From the NCBI GenBank assembly GCA_047495785.1, contig JBLDXI010000013.1, forward strand, positions 1,612,001 through 1,676,000: a stretch of DNA of 64,000 nucleotides, read 5' to 3'. The DNA is from Lepidodermella squamata (taxonomy: Eukaryota; Animalia; Gastrotricha). Shown piece after piece: positions 50,062 through 64,000 of this stretch. The number at the start of each line of letters is the position of its first letter. Position 1 is the first letter of the stretch. Both the position numbers and the translations under genes were made by a program. The notes beneath the pieces are model-generated. The model ran no database searches, was not told the DNA's origin, and saw only the letters and a program-made list of their open reading frames with translations.

Positions 50062-51905
50062 TCAGCTGTCAGAATTGTCGATACTGTAGGGTGAAGCTGT
50101 CGAAACTGAGCTGGAAGACGTTGATGATACTGAATCGACTTTTGTTTTTCGTAGAACTGCCTCCGGGTCTTTGGTTAGTAAAGAAGCGGCTGGATCGTCA
50201 CTCGACCTTAGCCGCTCCTCTTCTTGCTGCCACTCAAAGAATCGAGTCTTCCGCACTCGGAAAAACTCGCGACCAGTAGCGGCCACAAAGGCAGCTGTAC
50301 CCGCGAAACATACAGCCCCGAAGAGGTACGACCAGACAGAGTCGAGCGTGTCCAAGAAAGCTGAGTAAAATGATTTTAGAAAATTCCTCAAATTATAAAT
50401 GGGGTTTACTTGGCAAGGCATAGCCGAATACTTGAATTGCTCCTTGCACGGCCAGAAACCAACCGAAGCAGGAAGAGCTGTTCTTTTCACCGTAAAGATC
50501 GGTAACCAGCACAGACCGCATCGTAATCAGAGGTGCTGAAAAACAGATCAGTCAATTATAGTCAGATTTGATTTGTTCAAATTTTATAACACCCCATCAC
50601 CCAATTTCAATCACTAATTGGGAAGGTTCAGTAAATGGTCGTGACCACATTCACAGAAATGAACTCAGAATCATCCCAAATTAAGGCTTTCCCCCCATTA
50701 CCTTCAAGCACATGGGTTTAAAAAGAACGACCGTGCTTTACCTATGAAGAAGCCATAAACACAGACAAAACTGACGAAAGCAGCATCACCATACGTCATG
50801 ACGTGAGGAAAAACAAGAAGGGCGACTACGAAATGAAACGAAAATTAAATAATTCGAAAAAAATGTTCTTAAAAATTACGAGAGGATACGACGTGTCCAA
50901 TTATGTAGATCCAGAAAGATGTAAAGGCTTTGAGGTTTTGGTGATTGCGGCCGTAGTCACCAAGCCGCCCGGAAACCAACCGCCCCAAAAGGTTAGCACA
51001 ACCCTTTAAGAAATTTCACAGTAAATCGGAAATAAGTATCAAAATGTTCGAACCCAGATCAAGATAATTTTCGATTGAACGCTAGGGCTGACGCCGTATT
51101 GAGGGAGTGTCGATTGCGAAGGAATCAGAATAACTGGAACGTAATAGCCAGCCATCGAAAGGGCAGCTGCGCCAAGCACGCAAAGGAAAGAACATTGCCC
51201 GAAATGCGAGACGTCGAAGTAGCGCGCGAAGAATGATTCACTTTTAGCGTCGTTTTTCTCCGATTGCGGCGGCCTTGGAATCAATTTTTCCCGAACGAAG
51301 TCTAATTCGCTCTTTGAAGGGAAGCTGAGGGCTGCCAGAACGCCATTTAGTGAAAAAATTGCGAAGGCCAGCAGAGTTCCTCGCCATCCGATATTTTCGA
51401 TCAGGAAATGAATGATGAAGCCGAAAAATATAGCGCCGGCCGCCGAGCCGCAAGTTGTAATGCCAATAGCTAGCGATTTAGTTTTGTGATCGAAATAAGT
51501 TGGAATCGTGTTGATAGATGGGCCATAAAGCATCGCGAAAGCGACTCCCTCCAAAACGCCTATAGTGGCGAAATCGAACCAAAATCCGGCGTGGAAGAAC
51601 GTTTCATTCATCCAGCATAAAAGAAATCCGAGCGATGACACAAGCGAAGCTGCTATTGTAACGCTGCGGCTGCCGAAATGTTCAACCAAGGCGATGCCGA
51701 TTGGCGCTAGGCCGTTGTATAGCGCCGGAACAATGCCGCCGACTAGAGATATCACGCTTGGATGTACCAAGGGATAGCTCAGCTGAATCTGGATGCTGAG
51801 AATGCCGAAAATGAAGCAGAACCCATCGACGACTAGGTTAAGGTAGAATGTCGAAGCTAATATAACCCATCGCCTGGTAGGATAAAACTGGCTGATTGCT
51901 GACAT
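50062..51905 (-). CDS. MFS transporter, monocarboxylate transporter (SLC16)-like, 5 exons
   Basis: RWVILASTFYLNLVVDG...FGI, LVEHFGSRSV, YGPS..IPTYF...LAIGITTCGSAAG, LIENIGWRGTL, GRLVSGRLGD, VLVTDLYG; multiple TM helices. Confidence 0.9.
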
Positions 51906-53569
51906 TATCTGATTTTTTTAAATAAAATTTGGCGATCTAAATAGACAAGTGAATTTTCGCTATATAGTGGACTTTGAAACTGATTCATGAACACGATTAT
52001 ATAGTGGAAGCAGCGTCCATTTATTCGCGAAACCACGTGCATACGCGAAGAGTTAACACGTGTTTTCAGTAGTAGCACATCCGACTGACCAATGGATTTA
52101 CCAGAACGAGTACCGACCAGAAAAGTTATATGAGATATTTCAGTTCAATGGCAGATTTCGCACTTGGCTGCATACGGGGGCGGACAGCGCATATAATTTT
52201 AGTGATAGCGTCATACCAGCAAGATAATGTGCTATCTACCAAAATAGAAATCACCGCAGATAAACAACAAATAACAAATCATATAACATGGCTGCAAAAC
52301 TTGCGCGACTTCTAAAAAACCATTTTTAAATTTCCAGCTTTGAAGCTGATATATTACTATGTTTTGAAGGGCACAAGACGATAACTGAAAAACGGTTAAC
52401 GAGCATACATTTTGGCTTGTTAGAGCGAAAAATCCAAAACTAAGTTTTGAGTGTTGAGGAAGGAAGGGCACGCACTTAACGGATATCACGGCGGTTTTTT
52501 CACATCTAATTCGTCAAAAGCTAATGTCCCAAGAGCGACTCAGGGTGCTATACCTAAGTCCTAAGACCTGATTATTGCATGAGACGTAGCTATTGTTGGA
52601 TTATTGTACATTCGCAGCCACTGTTTTTGAACACAGTTTAAAAAATATGGTCATGGCACATCGAGTTCGAAGTCGAATTTCGAAAAAAGCATAGTGACGC
52701 CGAAATTGCGTCGCAAATAAAATCTAACAATAGAGCAGCCTGCAGGAATAGGTCTTACAAGCTGATTTTTTTTATTCGAGATTGGTTTGGTAAATGAGGA
52801 CAGTATGCGAAAAAGGAGCCGGTTTCGCTGGAGAAACGACAAGTTCTGATTTTCAGATGTTTCTTGTAACGCAACTTCGGCGTCACTATGAGAGATCGAA
52901 TTGCACACATAGAACCACCCGAATAAATGAATATGATAAACCGAAGAAGTCACTTTGGAAAAATGATGTCTATTGCACGTTTACACGTTATTGCACTGGC
53001 CATTAATCTCCGTTTCTTCGTATCGTTTTAAACTCGAGCGATTTGATTAATGTCAAGCAGCGAGTTGACTCCAACCTGAAAAAAATTCCCCTCGTCAGAA
53101 TTAAAAGCTGCAAGTTTTACAATTTTCAATCCTTTTTACTGCATAAAGCTTTTCAACAAAATTTGAAGCAATTTTCTTGACAAGGCGGCGATAAAGTTTG
53201 CATTGCTTTTAAAAACAATCAGGAATATATGAGGATGTCACATTTATATAATATAATTTAATAATGGCACAAGTTTTGATATTTCTACGATATATATATA
53301 ATTTTCTAAGCTTGGAATGCCTGTAAATACGCGACTTTTTACGACATTTCCTCATACAGTTTGAGCAAGAGACCAGCTGAAGTTCACTATTCATCCTCTC
53401 ATCATCCATCTTGCGTATCATCTTTGGAAGTTGTTCGCGCTTGTTTTACAAATGAAACGCTAACACGGAACAAAAAATCACAAATAAATTACATTCATAG
53501 AAAAATTTGCAAGATGAGATTTTTCACAAAAGAAAGATAAAAGCTTGGAAATAATTTCATCTCCTCCTA

Positions 53570-56500
53570 CTAAAATGGCCGTGATTTGTGTTCCCAAAAC
53601 GACACGTCGTAGTTGTATAGCTCGGGATTAGGACATGGCGTTGCCTTCAGTACACATTTCTTCTCGTTTTGAACATAAACAAATCCCTTGCAATTCTCTT
53701 CTCGATGACACCGCGTCGCACATGTCGCTGGCATAACGTCGTAGTGCTCACTGATAATTTCACCGCCCTTGCAGTTGCCGTTCAGTTTCCGGAAAAGCCG
53801 CATTCCATCGGCCTTCTTGTAGATTACCTCGCCGTTTTGCAGGCAACTCAAAGAGCTGATTAGTTTGCAAATGCCTTCCGAGAAAGAATAGGCCATGCAT
53901 TCGGATCTGCGCCGTAGACAATGGCCCTCGCATGTTGTCCTACCCCGAACCGACATTTCCTCAATGACCTTGATGCAGGCAGTTGGTTCAGCACCGAACG
54001 CTTCAATATCAGAATCACCACCAAAGTCGTAATTATCGGTCAGAGGATCGGCTGTGAGAATCTGTTCGAACAAGCTATCGGGGCCAGCGTCTTCGATTCC
54101 GCCTGGCAGTGATACATGAACATTGTGCGTCGGACCGTAGCCAACTTTTTTGGCACTGGTGTCTACCAGGACTGTAAAAAAATAGCATAGATATTCAGTT
54201 TAGTTCTGCCTTCAAACAAAAATCTTACATTTTTTGTAAAAAGTCCATTCCGAAAAGCCGTCGATAACTTCGCACTGCTTGCCCTTAAGCATGCATTTAA
54301 ACGGCTTCTGATTGTCTGGATTTCCCCTTTCGTTCAAGGCTGTGAACCCGTTACACCTGTGGCCCATTCCCAAGCACTGCCTGGCGCATTCTTGAATGTC
54401 GTGGTACTCGCCGTTTTCAATCGCATCACCTCGGCAGTTACGACCAATGTCTTCGAACGAATCGAGCACACTTCCCGGCTTTTCTGGTCCTGAAATTACA
54501 TAAAAGCGATTAGGTTAATTTTAGCGAAAATAGAAGATAGATAACAAGTTAGGTCCCTATTTATAGTTCTAAAATTATTAAGGAAATTCCCACAACGGTT
54601 TCGACGGACTATAGTTGCCCACCAGAGAAAACTTCGATTTCAGCGATTTCTTGCGCGCCATCCGGTAGAATGTTCTCGGTATTTTCGACGAGTCTATGCA
54701 ACGTTGCCTCTTCTTCCATAGTTGACGGGGCGTTGTTCATCGCCGATTTCGCAACAGGTGGGGCAAAGTTTGATTTATTGACGCTTTGGAAAACCGGAGG
54801 CAATGTTGAAGTGACCGCATCAGGCTCATCATTTCGCTGATTCATCTGCTTCTGAGCCAACTCGCCAATCTCGCTAAGGGGTAAGTTTATTGCCAACACG
54901 CAAGGAACGACAAACACCGTCTCTGATGACGGCTGGTCCTCTTCACTTTTGCGGAAACGCGCCAAATCAGTCATGCAAACTGTGGAAACCTTGAAGTTTG
55001 ATTGCGGCTTTTGTTGACTGCCTGGTAATCCGATGATGTCTCGCTGTTCGCGAAACGTCTGGCTATACTTCACAGCTTATTTAAAAATAGAAACCGTCAA
55101 CTTTGATCTCATACTTCCTCATTTCGGGCATACAAAATATTAAACAATAGATTATTAAAATTTAATTACCGAGTTCGTTGGTGTCAAGCTCGTTGACTTC
55201 AGCGATAGTTGCTGGGTTGATACCGCCGGGCAGCGTCTGCGGGGGTGGGGCAGCGCCGTCTTTGGTGCAGGTTGGCAACGCTTCCCAAGTCCCATCTTCA
55301 AGGCATTTGACAATAAATTTGCCAGTCATACGATAGCCTTGATTGCATTCATATGTCACCCAATCACCAGGCCGGCGAGATAGGAAACTTGATGCAAGGT
55401 AGACGAAACCATTCGGAATTTTCGGAACGTCAAGACAAGCTACTAAAGGTGTTGTCGTCGTAGGAATTGCAGTCGTCGTAGTGGTGGACAACTTCGGGTC
55501 AGTAGTAGTTATGTTCAGGGGTGGCAAAATCGATGCGTTGGCGAACAACGATTGCTTAAACGAGGCAATCGTTGGGAAGGGCATGGTGAAGTTGTGCCGA
55601 ATATTTTGAATGGTGACTAAAATACACGATTGAATTAGCAAATTATTATTTAGCAGACTCGTACTTACTCTTCTTGTAAAAGTTGTGAGATCTCTCAGGA
55701 GATGTTGCTGGAACGAACCCGGCGGAGCATCTCCTCCTGGGTACGCAATCTGTACCTTCAACTTGCCCGTTGATAGTTCGTAATACACTGACAGTATAGC
55801 CGTCGCATTGCGCTATCCGAAGGCAATACTCCTCGCAAGCTGATCTTTCGAGGAATGGAGTTGTCAACGTATCAGCGCTCGAGCATTGAAGATTAGTTAT
55901 CACGAATCGAGGATGCCGGCTGTCGACAAGCGATGATATCATAGGTAGTCTAATAGTCTCTGTTGTAGTTGTTGGTAGAGGGGTTGTTGTTGTGGTGGTT
56001 GTAGTCGTAGTTGTTGTAGTCGACGTTGTTGAAGTACTCGTCGTAGTCGGGGTGGTTAAATCCGAATTTTTAATACATTCCGGCGGATATTCCCAACTGC
56101 CGTCGGGTAAACAACTGATCAAAAAGCTGCCGGACAACGTGTAACCATTTACGCAGTTATAGGACACCCAATCACCCGGCCTCCGCTGCGCCCACGTGCT
56201 GGCGAGGTAAATTATTCCGCCTTCAATCTCCGGGGCTGACGAGCATTTCGGACCATCCGGGGTATTTGTCGTCGGTAACTGGGTTGTCGTAGTAGTAGTA
56301 GTGGTTGTTGTAGGCGTGGTCGTTGATGATAATCTGGCAGTTGCTGTTGTAGTCGGCTCAGTAACGGTGATCACCAAAGTTGCGGGCGCCATGGTAGCCT
56401 TCTTAATATTTCCAACTGACGTGCTTTTGATGAATGTTGCCCTAGTTGGCATTCGACTAACCATGCCGCAGGTCACAGTTTTGAGAATACAACTGCCATT

Positions 56501-57393
56501 TTTAATGTCTACGATGAACCCGTGGCATGTGACATCACCTTCACAAGCTGTCTCGCAAGTTTGCCTGTCCCGAATCCACCCAGTTAAATCGCCACCTTCG
56601 CAGTCGGAATCTGGGTATTCTACGAAATTCGACGAGGCCATCTGCGCCGCTTTTTCAGCAGTTTTGTTCCCGTTGAACGCTGGTGGAGAGCAAACTGGCG
56701 CCGCGTTGTCCCACTGCCCTGTTCCTAGGCACGTTAATTTGTTGATACCGGTCATTTCGAAGCCAGGCAGGCAGGAAAACATGACAACATCGCCCGGTTT
56801 GTTTTCGTGGTAAGATTTGCTAGAACCCGTTACGAACGCGTTCTCGACAACTGGAACAGCACCGCAAGCTGCTTGAACCATATTGACGATTGTTGCCGCT
56901 GAAGGTTGCTGCGAGTCAATTTTGCTGCCCTCAACAGAACCGGATTCGCTCTTCTCATAGAAAACTGACTGCGCATCACTGGCCAACTGGCAGTCGTAGC
57001 CTTTCAGGGTACACCTGATACCGTCTAGGGTCATCACATAACCGCGGCACTGTGGCAATTCCGAGCAGCGGATGTAGCACGATAGCACGTCACCGAATAA
57101 ATCTCCGTCTGGTTCCAAACTGAAACCTGTACAATTTTCACCCAACCGCTCCACATATTGAACACCTATTCGAAATTATTAGATGCATTTTTAATCGATG
57201 TTATGAACTTTGAAAGCGAACCTGGCATTCCGGCGAGAGGATCGAAGTGAATTTTCATCGGTTGAAAGGGCGTTGTTTCATCGTGGTAGAACTCATGGTG
57301 AGGGGTTGGATATGAATGGACGAACCGATCAAGAATGATGACTGATGATAAAGTGGTTATTAGTAAAACAAATCTCGGCCGATGATTCGACAT
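53570..57393 (-). CDS. Secreted mosaic protein: PAN/apple-like domains + 3 Sushi (CCP) domains + Thr-rich mucin stalks, 6 exons
   Basis: Signal peptide; PAN-like C-x-G...C..C.....C.GF...C.LK..C units; Sushi units (GDVVMFSCLPGFEMTG..LTCLGTGQWD..PVC); poly-Thr tracts. GT-AG introns join all six ORF pieces in frame; no TM seen. Confidence 0.85.
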
Positions 57394-60300
57394 TGCTAGT
57401 CGAAGCGTGACTTTGAAACAATCTTTCGTTCACGCCTCGCAATCTCAGTGCTATGTAACTGTGGCAAAAATTCTAGAAAATACAGGTTCCAGTAGTAGGG
57501 CAGATGCTATACTAGGCACTCGCGGCAAACAATATGTCCCTGGCTTCGTTAGGTTTTTGATAAACAAGACAAATTACGGCTAAAAACTGTCAATAGAAAT
57601 GCGCATGTTCCTGTTTGTTGCGTCGGGTTCGAAACGGCACGTTTTAGGCGTAGAATTGGTGTAGCTAAATTAAAGTTTAAAGCGCCGCGCGGTGCAAAAA
57701 CAACACAACTTGTAACGATTTGCCGTTTGTGTTTATAACAAACATGATACCTTTGAGCACTCACCCCGGCTGATCATTAGCTATTTTAGCTTCTGAGACG
57801 CGCGCTGTATCAATGTCAAGCGATGCAGGCACATAAGCGGGCCATTATCAGGGTGCGAGTAAACAGCAGCGAAACCTGCTGTAACAAAACCGGGCGGCGC
57901 ATTGTAGTCGCGATGAAAAAATATTTGCGCACGTTTTCAGTGGGAGAGATGCGCGCGCGCTTGTACATGTAGCCGAAATTTACAGCCACTAATACTAACA
58001 CTACTAAGCCTAGCCGTATCATGCGGCAACTGTCGCAACTGGCGTCCATGTGACTCACTCATTTTTAGTACGATATACTTCCTTTCGACGCAATGTTATT
58101 ATCCTTTTTGGCGTAAAAGCTTCGCTCAAACACAAGCGGCGCGTTTTGTAGCGTGTCACAGCGACGATTCCAGCCCGGGGTCTAGAATAAACCATCGCCC
58201 CATCGTTGCCATCATCATTACTTGTGGGTACTTCGCCGAGTCAAGCGGCAGGTTTTTAAAAAGATTTTCGTTTATATTCTGGAACATCTGTACTCAACTA
58301 GGCCTCCGAACCCCGATCCGCTTGGGGTAAGCTAGGAAGACTGGAACTAACCGCACGTTTTCCTTCGTTTATTCGTTTCAATTTTTGATTGCTTTCATTC
58401 ACCTTAACCATTGAACTGAAGCTCCAATTTCTAAACAGGCAATCTTCTGTTGCTATAAATTAACTGATGTGTCACACGGGAAGTTGAAAATAAAGATATT
58501 GCCAACCAGGTCTATTCGACAATAATCGGAATAAATTAATATATGTGCGTGATTTTAACGATATCAATGGCTAAAACGGTATCAAAGCGCTGAACTTTAA
58601 TTTGCTGGAATTATTGCTACCTTTGGGCCATTGCAAGACTCCCTTTTGAGCAGCCTTTCTCAGGCCAAAGGAGGCAATGGATCCAATGTTGCTCCAAATA
58701 ATTGACTGATTGAAAGCCGTGCTTGATGTCAAGTTTGTAGTATTTATATCGAAACGGTAAAATTAAAGCTGATCAAATTAAAGCTTATGCTTTCCAACTG
58801 ATCAAATCAATTAAGGAATCAAGATTATACCTAGATTATCGAAATGTTTCTCGCAAGGAGAAGTCCGTGAAACTGCTTATACGGGCTCAGCAATATATGA
58901 TAAGACAACCAATAGCTGTTCCATTAAACATTTAAATTCGATCAGGATGAGGCCTTTCGTGAACATTTGTTCTCGCAAGAAACTATTCAAGTTGGTGATC
59001 GCATCGGTAAAATATAATCCAACATCGCGAGGAATTGAGTATATCAAAAAATCGTATTCAAAAAATCCATGGTATCTCAACTGGGGTGTTTATTTATTCT
59101 TATTCATTTTCAAAAAAGCATTTGACTGAAACTAAATTCGATATACTAGTGATCAAGGTTTGAATTTCTGGAGCTCCGCGAAGTGCCGGTTTCTTGATTC
59201 AGGTAGTATGAGGATCGACGGTTGACAGTAAAGAATATATATCCAAGAAGATGGTACATCCATCGTCCCGGCAGATGGCTAATCCAGTGTTCCATATGGC
59301 GATGGGAAATGTCTGAACTGTGGGATGATGACTGAATCGTTACGGTAAGGAGTTGTCTTCTAGCAATGCGATGGCGATTTGAGCAGACTGAAAGCTGAAA
59401 CTGAAAACAAGTTGAAAAACGGACAATAATGAAAGTCTTTTGCCGGCCGTCAACCATCAGTGGACAACTGCTGATAGTGTTTTGTGCAATAGCAGCCAAA
59501 ATGAAGTCGCAAGCCCGAGACATTCTAAACGTTAGAATGATTCATCGGGTAGCGACAGCCACTTGGCCTGTATGCTATCGCTTAGATGACTAACAGCACA
59601 TTGGTCACTGACGATCGACTTATGAATAGCATCAGCTCGGCAGTAGGCATGAAAGCTGAAAATCAAGGCTGTAAAAGTCAGAAATTCAACAAAAACAAAA
59701 TGATAAAAATGCGGATTAGCTCGGCCGCGAAAGAGACGACGATGAGGCAAGGCGAAGAAAATTAGCGCTGGCCAGCCGCCTCGCCTAGTGACAGCGCGCG
59801 CGCGCATCGGCAGCTTCGATGATCCCACACGTCTAGAGTGTCACACTATTTTCATAATAATATGTGGTGAAATATTAAACAGCCCGAAGGTCCAAAGCGC
59901 ATGCAGCGGCTAAATGTTTTTGGCGGTACGGCTTTGAGCGAGCGCGCATCAAACCAACTAACTAACTCTCGAGTAATTAATTTCGCTCAACACGCCGAGT
60001 TGACGCTTCCTTGTGTTTTGACGTACGCAGTGGTGTCTGCTCGCGCCTCGGCTCGCCTTAAATCGTCGGCTTTGTCAAACTTGGCGCACATGCAGTCCGA
60101 GCGCGACACTGAATTGCATTAAAATGTACGCTTGCGTTTTATTATTGTCATTATTACAAGCCCATCCATCGCGAGCTAGGATTATTACAGCGCCGAAGCA
60201 ATATACATAGCAGCGCGGCGGAGATTCCCCTGATGCGTGTATATTGCCTCGGCGATGTTGTTAAGATTTACAGTGGCGCAGCCGCCGGCCGTCCGCCGTC

Positions 60301-62617
60301 AAAGTCAAATGCATCGCGAGATTTTGAGGAGTGCGCAAAGACGCAAGCGCGTCGCCATTTTCTAAAATCGATAGCGACTCGTCAAAGACCAAGAGACGCG
60401 CGCGCGCGCGCATCAATATCCGCAATAAAACCATCATTATCACATGAGGCTAGCTAGCGACAGCAGCGGGCAGGCAGGTCCTCGGTGATTTCGCTCCTGC
60501 CGCTGAAGAAAGTTACAACACGCAAAATATTTTGTCGTTGTAATCAAATGAAAATCGAGCGAAATGTCTTTACGCGGCAATTTCACCCAGACGAGAATGC
60601 GAATCAAAATGAGAATGGCGCGGCGCTATCGCGGGCGGATATTGGGTCGGCGCATAGACGCGTGCGAGTTGCGCGCGAAACAAAAGACACGCTTTGAAAA
60701 TGAAAATAGCTTGTTATTGTTTTATTATTGACGTTATTGAAGAGAGGCAGCGAGAAAGACGGTGCACGACGAGAGAAAGACTTTTCAAAACAACAATAAC
60801 ATGCGAATCGAATTGACTTCCGAAAATAACAACGCCAAGTGCGGCGGACAGGGCAGCGGCGGCCGCGGCCACAACCTTGTGGGCAGCGCGGCCGAAAATC
60901 GCAAATGCAACTGGCGACGAAAATAGGCAGATTGAATTGGGAGAATCGAAAACGAGGGATATAAGTATATGAATTGAATATGCGCGAAAGTGCGCAGATG
61001 TTTCCTGTGCGCGCGCACTCCCTCTGGTTATAGCAGCAGCAGCAGCCTGGCGTATATAACACAATATGACGGTGACCTCTCGGCCGGGCCTCTGTCTCTG
61101 AGATTTGATGATGGGCCCGGAATCATAATTGGTGTGGCGATGTGGTATAACGCGCTGTATATATACAATTATAGGCGCACATCATGATGCGCGACAGAGT
61201 GACGGTGACATATGCGCACGCGCTTACTTATGGCTACATTATACATTATATAAAATTATTGGTAAAGCAAGGCGCGACGGCTGCCGGCAGTTGGCGGCCG
61301 CTTGCTGTCCCGCTGATCTGGATGGGCCCTGCGAACGAGCCCGGCATCTTGTGCCTTCAAACTAACTAATGCATATGCCCAGCGTGTTGTCATCGCAATC
61401 GAAGTGTGCGAACGCGCGCGACAGATGTGTTCGTTTGAGGGCCGGGCTTCGAAACAGCGCGCGCTTCAAATCGAATCGAGCGTTACGCAACCGGCGCACG
61501 CTCGCAACTCCCGCACCAGCCGCGCAGTTGGCGCCGGCGCTGGCTGGCGCAGGTTGCATGTCCCGCCAAATGTCTTCCGTGCGAATTATCATTAGCATCG
61601 CCACCAATCATCAATTGACAACAATAACAACCGATGCTAATGATAGCTATGAAACAACTGTTATTGTTTGCGCGCAAATCACCATCGCGAAATCGGCAGC
61701 TGACGCGCGGGCATATGCGGCAAAAACGCAAAAACTCAAAAGTCTTTGCCCTGACAAAATTCTCCCAAGAAAATAATAGTGCGTCGTGTCATGAGCAAGA
61801 AGCGAAAAACGGCAAATGAGAAAGCCGAGGCAACGGGACGGGGCTATTATAAGAGCCGGGCGCGTTCGTTCCGCATATGTATATAAGCCCCCATCTTTCG
61901 CGTTGATTATTATATGATTGAGATGCGCGAGCGCGCGGACGAATATCCTGATCGATTTTTTGCTGCTTTAAAATAAAATGTACACAGGCCGCGTCGCATT
62001 CGGCTCGGCGTTGACGAGGCGTTGCGCGTAGCCCCGCCATCGCCGCGCGCTAGGCGGACGGGCAGCCGGGGACGTAAGCGATCAATTTTTGCCAATTTAA
62101 TTCCCTTTACCCGTCGCCGTGCACGACGCTGAGTATATTCTCAAGCAAATACGCAAATATGGCAGGCCCGGGACTTGGAACACTGAAATATCCCCGAAAT
62201 ATATAACAATAATAATAGTAAATATAGTTAGCGGCACATCGATGGCGCCGGTCTTTCTGCTATGATTACTATTATTTCGTTTTCATTTCGTTTTCATTTT
62301 GCTTGCCTGAGCTGCTCATCTTCGTACAATAATAATAATAATAATAATAATGTATATTACATTGTAATTGCGTTTATTATATATTGCACATGCGACCGCA
62401 TCTCGGCCTCAGAGCCCAAGATGTCGGCTGTGGTAAATCTATAAATTACAAGCGCGCCCGCTTTTCGCTCCACTTCTTTCGACGCGAGCGCGCGACCCAG
62501 AGGCGGATGCGAAAAGTATTGCGTTAGGTACCACAAGGAACTCGCGAATATTTCATTATATTTTGCTCCCTTCATAAGATGTCAAGTCTAGCACTGAATA
62601 TAATTGTAAAATAATAA

Positions 62618-62717
62618 TAATAATACTAATAATAGTAATAATCAGACGGAGGGCGGATGTCGTTGACATTTCATCGCACCCAACCCTCCGCAGAACATTA
62701 CGTTATTAGTATTATTA
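62618..62717. repeat. ~100 bp imperfect inverted repeat (AT-rich outer stem, GC-rich inner stem)
   Basis: TAATAATACTAATAATAGTAAT (62618-62639) pairs with ATTACGTTATTAGTATTATTA (62697-62717). CGGAGGG (62647-62653) pairs with CCCTCCG (62684-62690). Confidence 0.75.
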
Positions 62718-64000
62718 CTCATTATTATTACACAATATAAATTATAATATTGAACTCAACAATCATGGGCATATACGCACTCGAAGCTCTAGAAATCTAT
62801 CTTCGATTCGAGGTAACTTCACGACAATGTAGCAACGTAAATACGAACAACATATTTCACAAGAGTGTGAAAAGGAAATGTGCTGGAAATTGCGAAACCA
62901 TAGGGCCATAACGTGCCGCCTGAAGTTTCGAAGTGCGGTTCCCACACTCATATCGAATGAAAACGGATGTCAACTGTCGGTAGAATAGGGAGGGCATAAA
63001 CAACGCACGTCGAACGGAAATAAATTAGTCACAACAAGCGCGCAGATTTGTTTACGCAACATCACAGGGCAATTAAAATTTGAACTTGGCATGCAAGAAA
63101 AAAAGCCTTGGCTTCTGTGCACCGAGCATCATCACGTTATTTACCAGGTTGAAAACTTTGCGAGTGAAAATGGTCAAAGGCAAATACAATTTAATTTAAT
63201 AAAATGCAGCAAAATATACCGGGCAAATGACGAAAAATGAGCAGAAATCGCTATGTTGGCGAGCATTTTATACTAGCCGCTGAAACGGTAAATAAAGCTA
63301 AATTGCTGCGGCCGTATGAGCGTTCCTGGTGAATTTTATGAAGCTAATGGTAGTTAAGACTCGAAAATGTATGATTTAAAGCTTATTTATACCGCCACTT
63401 TTCAAATATTAAATTGATAAAATGGAATGCCGCTTCGCATAAATGGCTATCATCAAGGCAATCTCAAGCGATTGCATCAAATTGATGCGTCCAGTTGATG
63501 GCTAATAGCTAATGGCTTCTGATTGCGATATGATGACGATGACGGCGATATTATTCACATAATATGCAAATTGATTTTCGGCTCTCGCCGAGAATGCTTG
63601 TCTGTTTACGTACACAAATAACGCGCACATTTGCGGCTATCTTCGGTCTTTTATATTTTGATTGTCAACAGATTCGCGAACTCAATGTTTACGGCGACAG
63701 GAAAGCATCTTCATCTTCACAAAAGGCCACTAGAGCCGTATTTGATGGGTTTCATGAAGAAAGCATCAACATTTACTTCGCATTTCCGTTCATTCGGCGC
63801 ACAAAATTGAAGGATGAAAAGGTAATCAGCGACATTGATATATGCATATTATCACAACAGTGATTATACGGCGTCTTCCCCCGCTTTGCTAATGCACGCC
63901 TCCTGAACCGGCTGGAGTCGATATATCCGCAATTATGCTACAGTGATTTGTCAACTGGAAACTCAGCAGAAGGATGCCAGCGATAGCAACATAATAATTA

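Noticed and set aside
50536-50742. Possible C/D snoRNA in the long SLC16 intron (ATGATT...CTGA with terminal stem)
   Set aside because: Box C is imperfect and I could not identify an rRNA-complementary guide.
58600-59530. Minus-strand coding-like stretch (ORFs 59146..59523, 58877..59080)
   Set aside because: Stops in all frames and no recognisable domain; may be a decayed gene but cannot be supported.

Overview
Compact, intron-containing animal (bilaterian, probably protostome) genomic DNA. Most introns are about 47-60 nt with TTTCAG/TTTTAG-type acceptors, which suggests a nematode-like genome, but the taxon is not certain. Many genes are split across, or missing from, the ORF track and were rebuilt here by hand-splicing. 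From left to right: (1) 5' part of an astacin metalloprotease (-); (2) an F-box + ankyrin gene (+); (3) a tandem array of five divergent, clearly paralogous type-I membrane receptors (-, 3.5-14.3 kb) with an 8-Cys Ig-like ectodomain, shared intron positions and Tyr/ITIM-like/PDZ-like tails; (4) CCDC15-like, PFDN2 and LIAS, tightly packed on the minus strand; (5) RPB8/POLR2H (+) hosting miR-34 in intron 3; (6) a ~15 kb megalin/LRP2-like gene (-); (7) intergenic repeats; (8) a small Ly6/three-finger cluster; (9) a diverged miR-100 + let-7-family hairpin pair (+); (10) an SLC16-like MFS transporter (-); (11) a PAN/Sushi/mucin secreted protein (-); (12) a ~6.6 kb gene-free CG-rich block containing a long inverted repeat. 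The best candidate for an undescribed system is the five-gene Ig-like receptor array, possibly an immune, self-recognition or adhesion locus. The diverged miR-100/let-7 cluster with built-in let-7-complementary sites is second. No database searches were run; family assignments come from motif recognition and remembered reference sequences.
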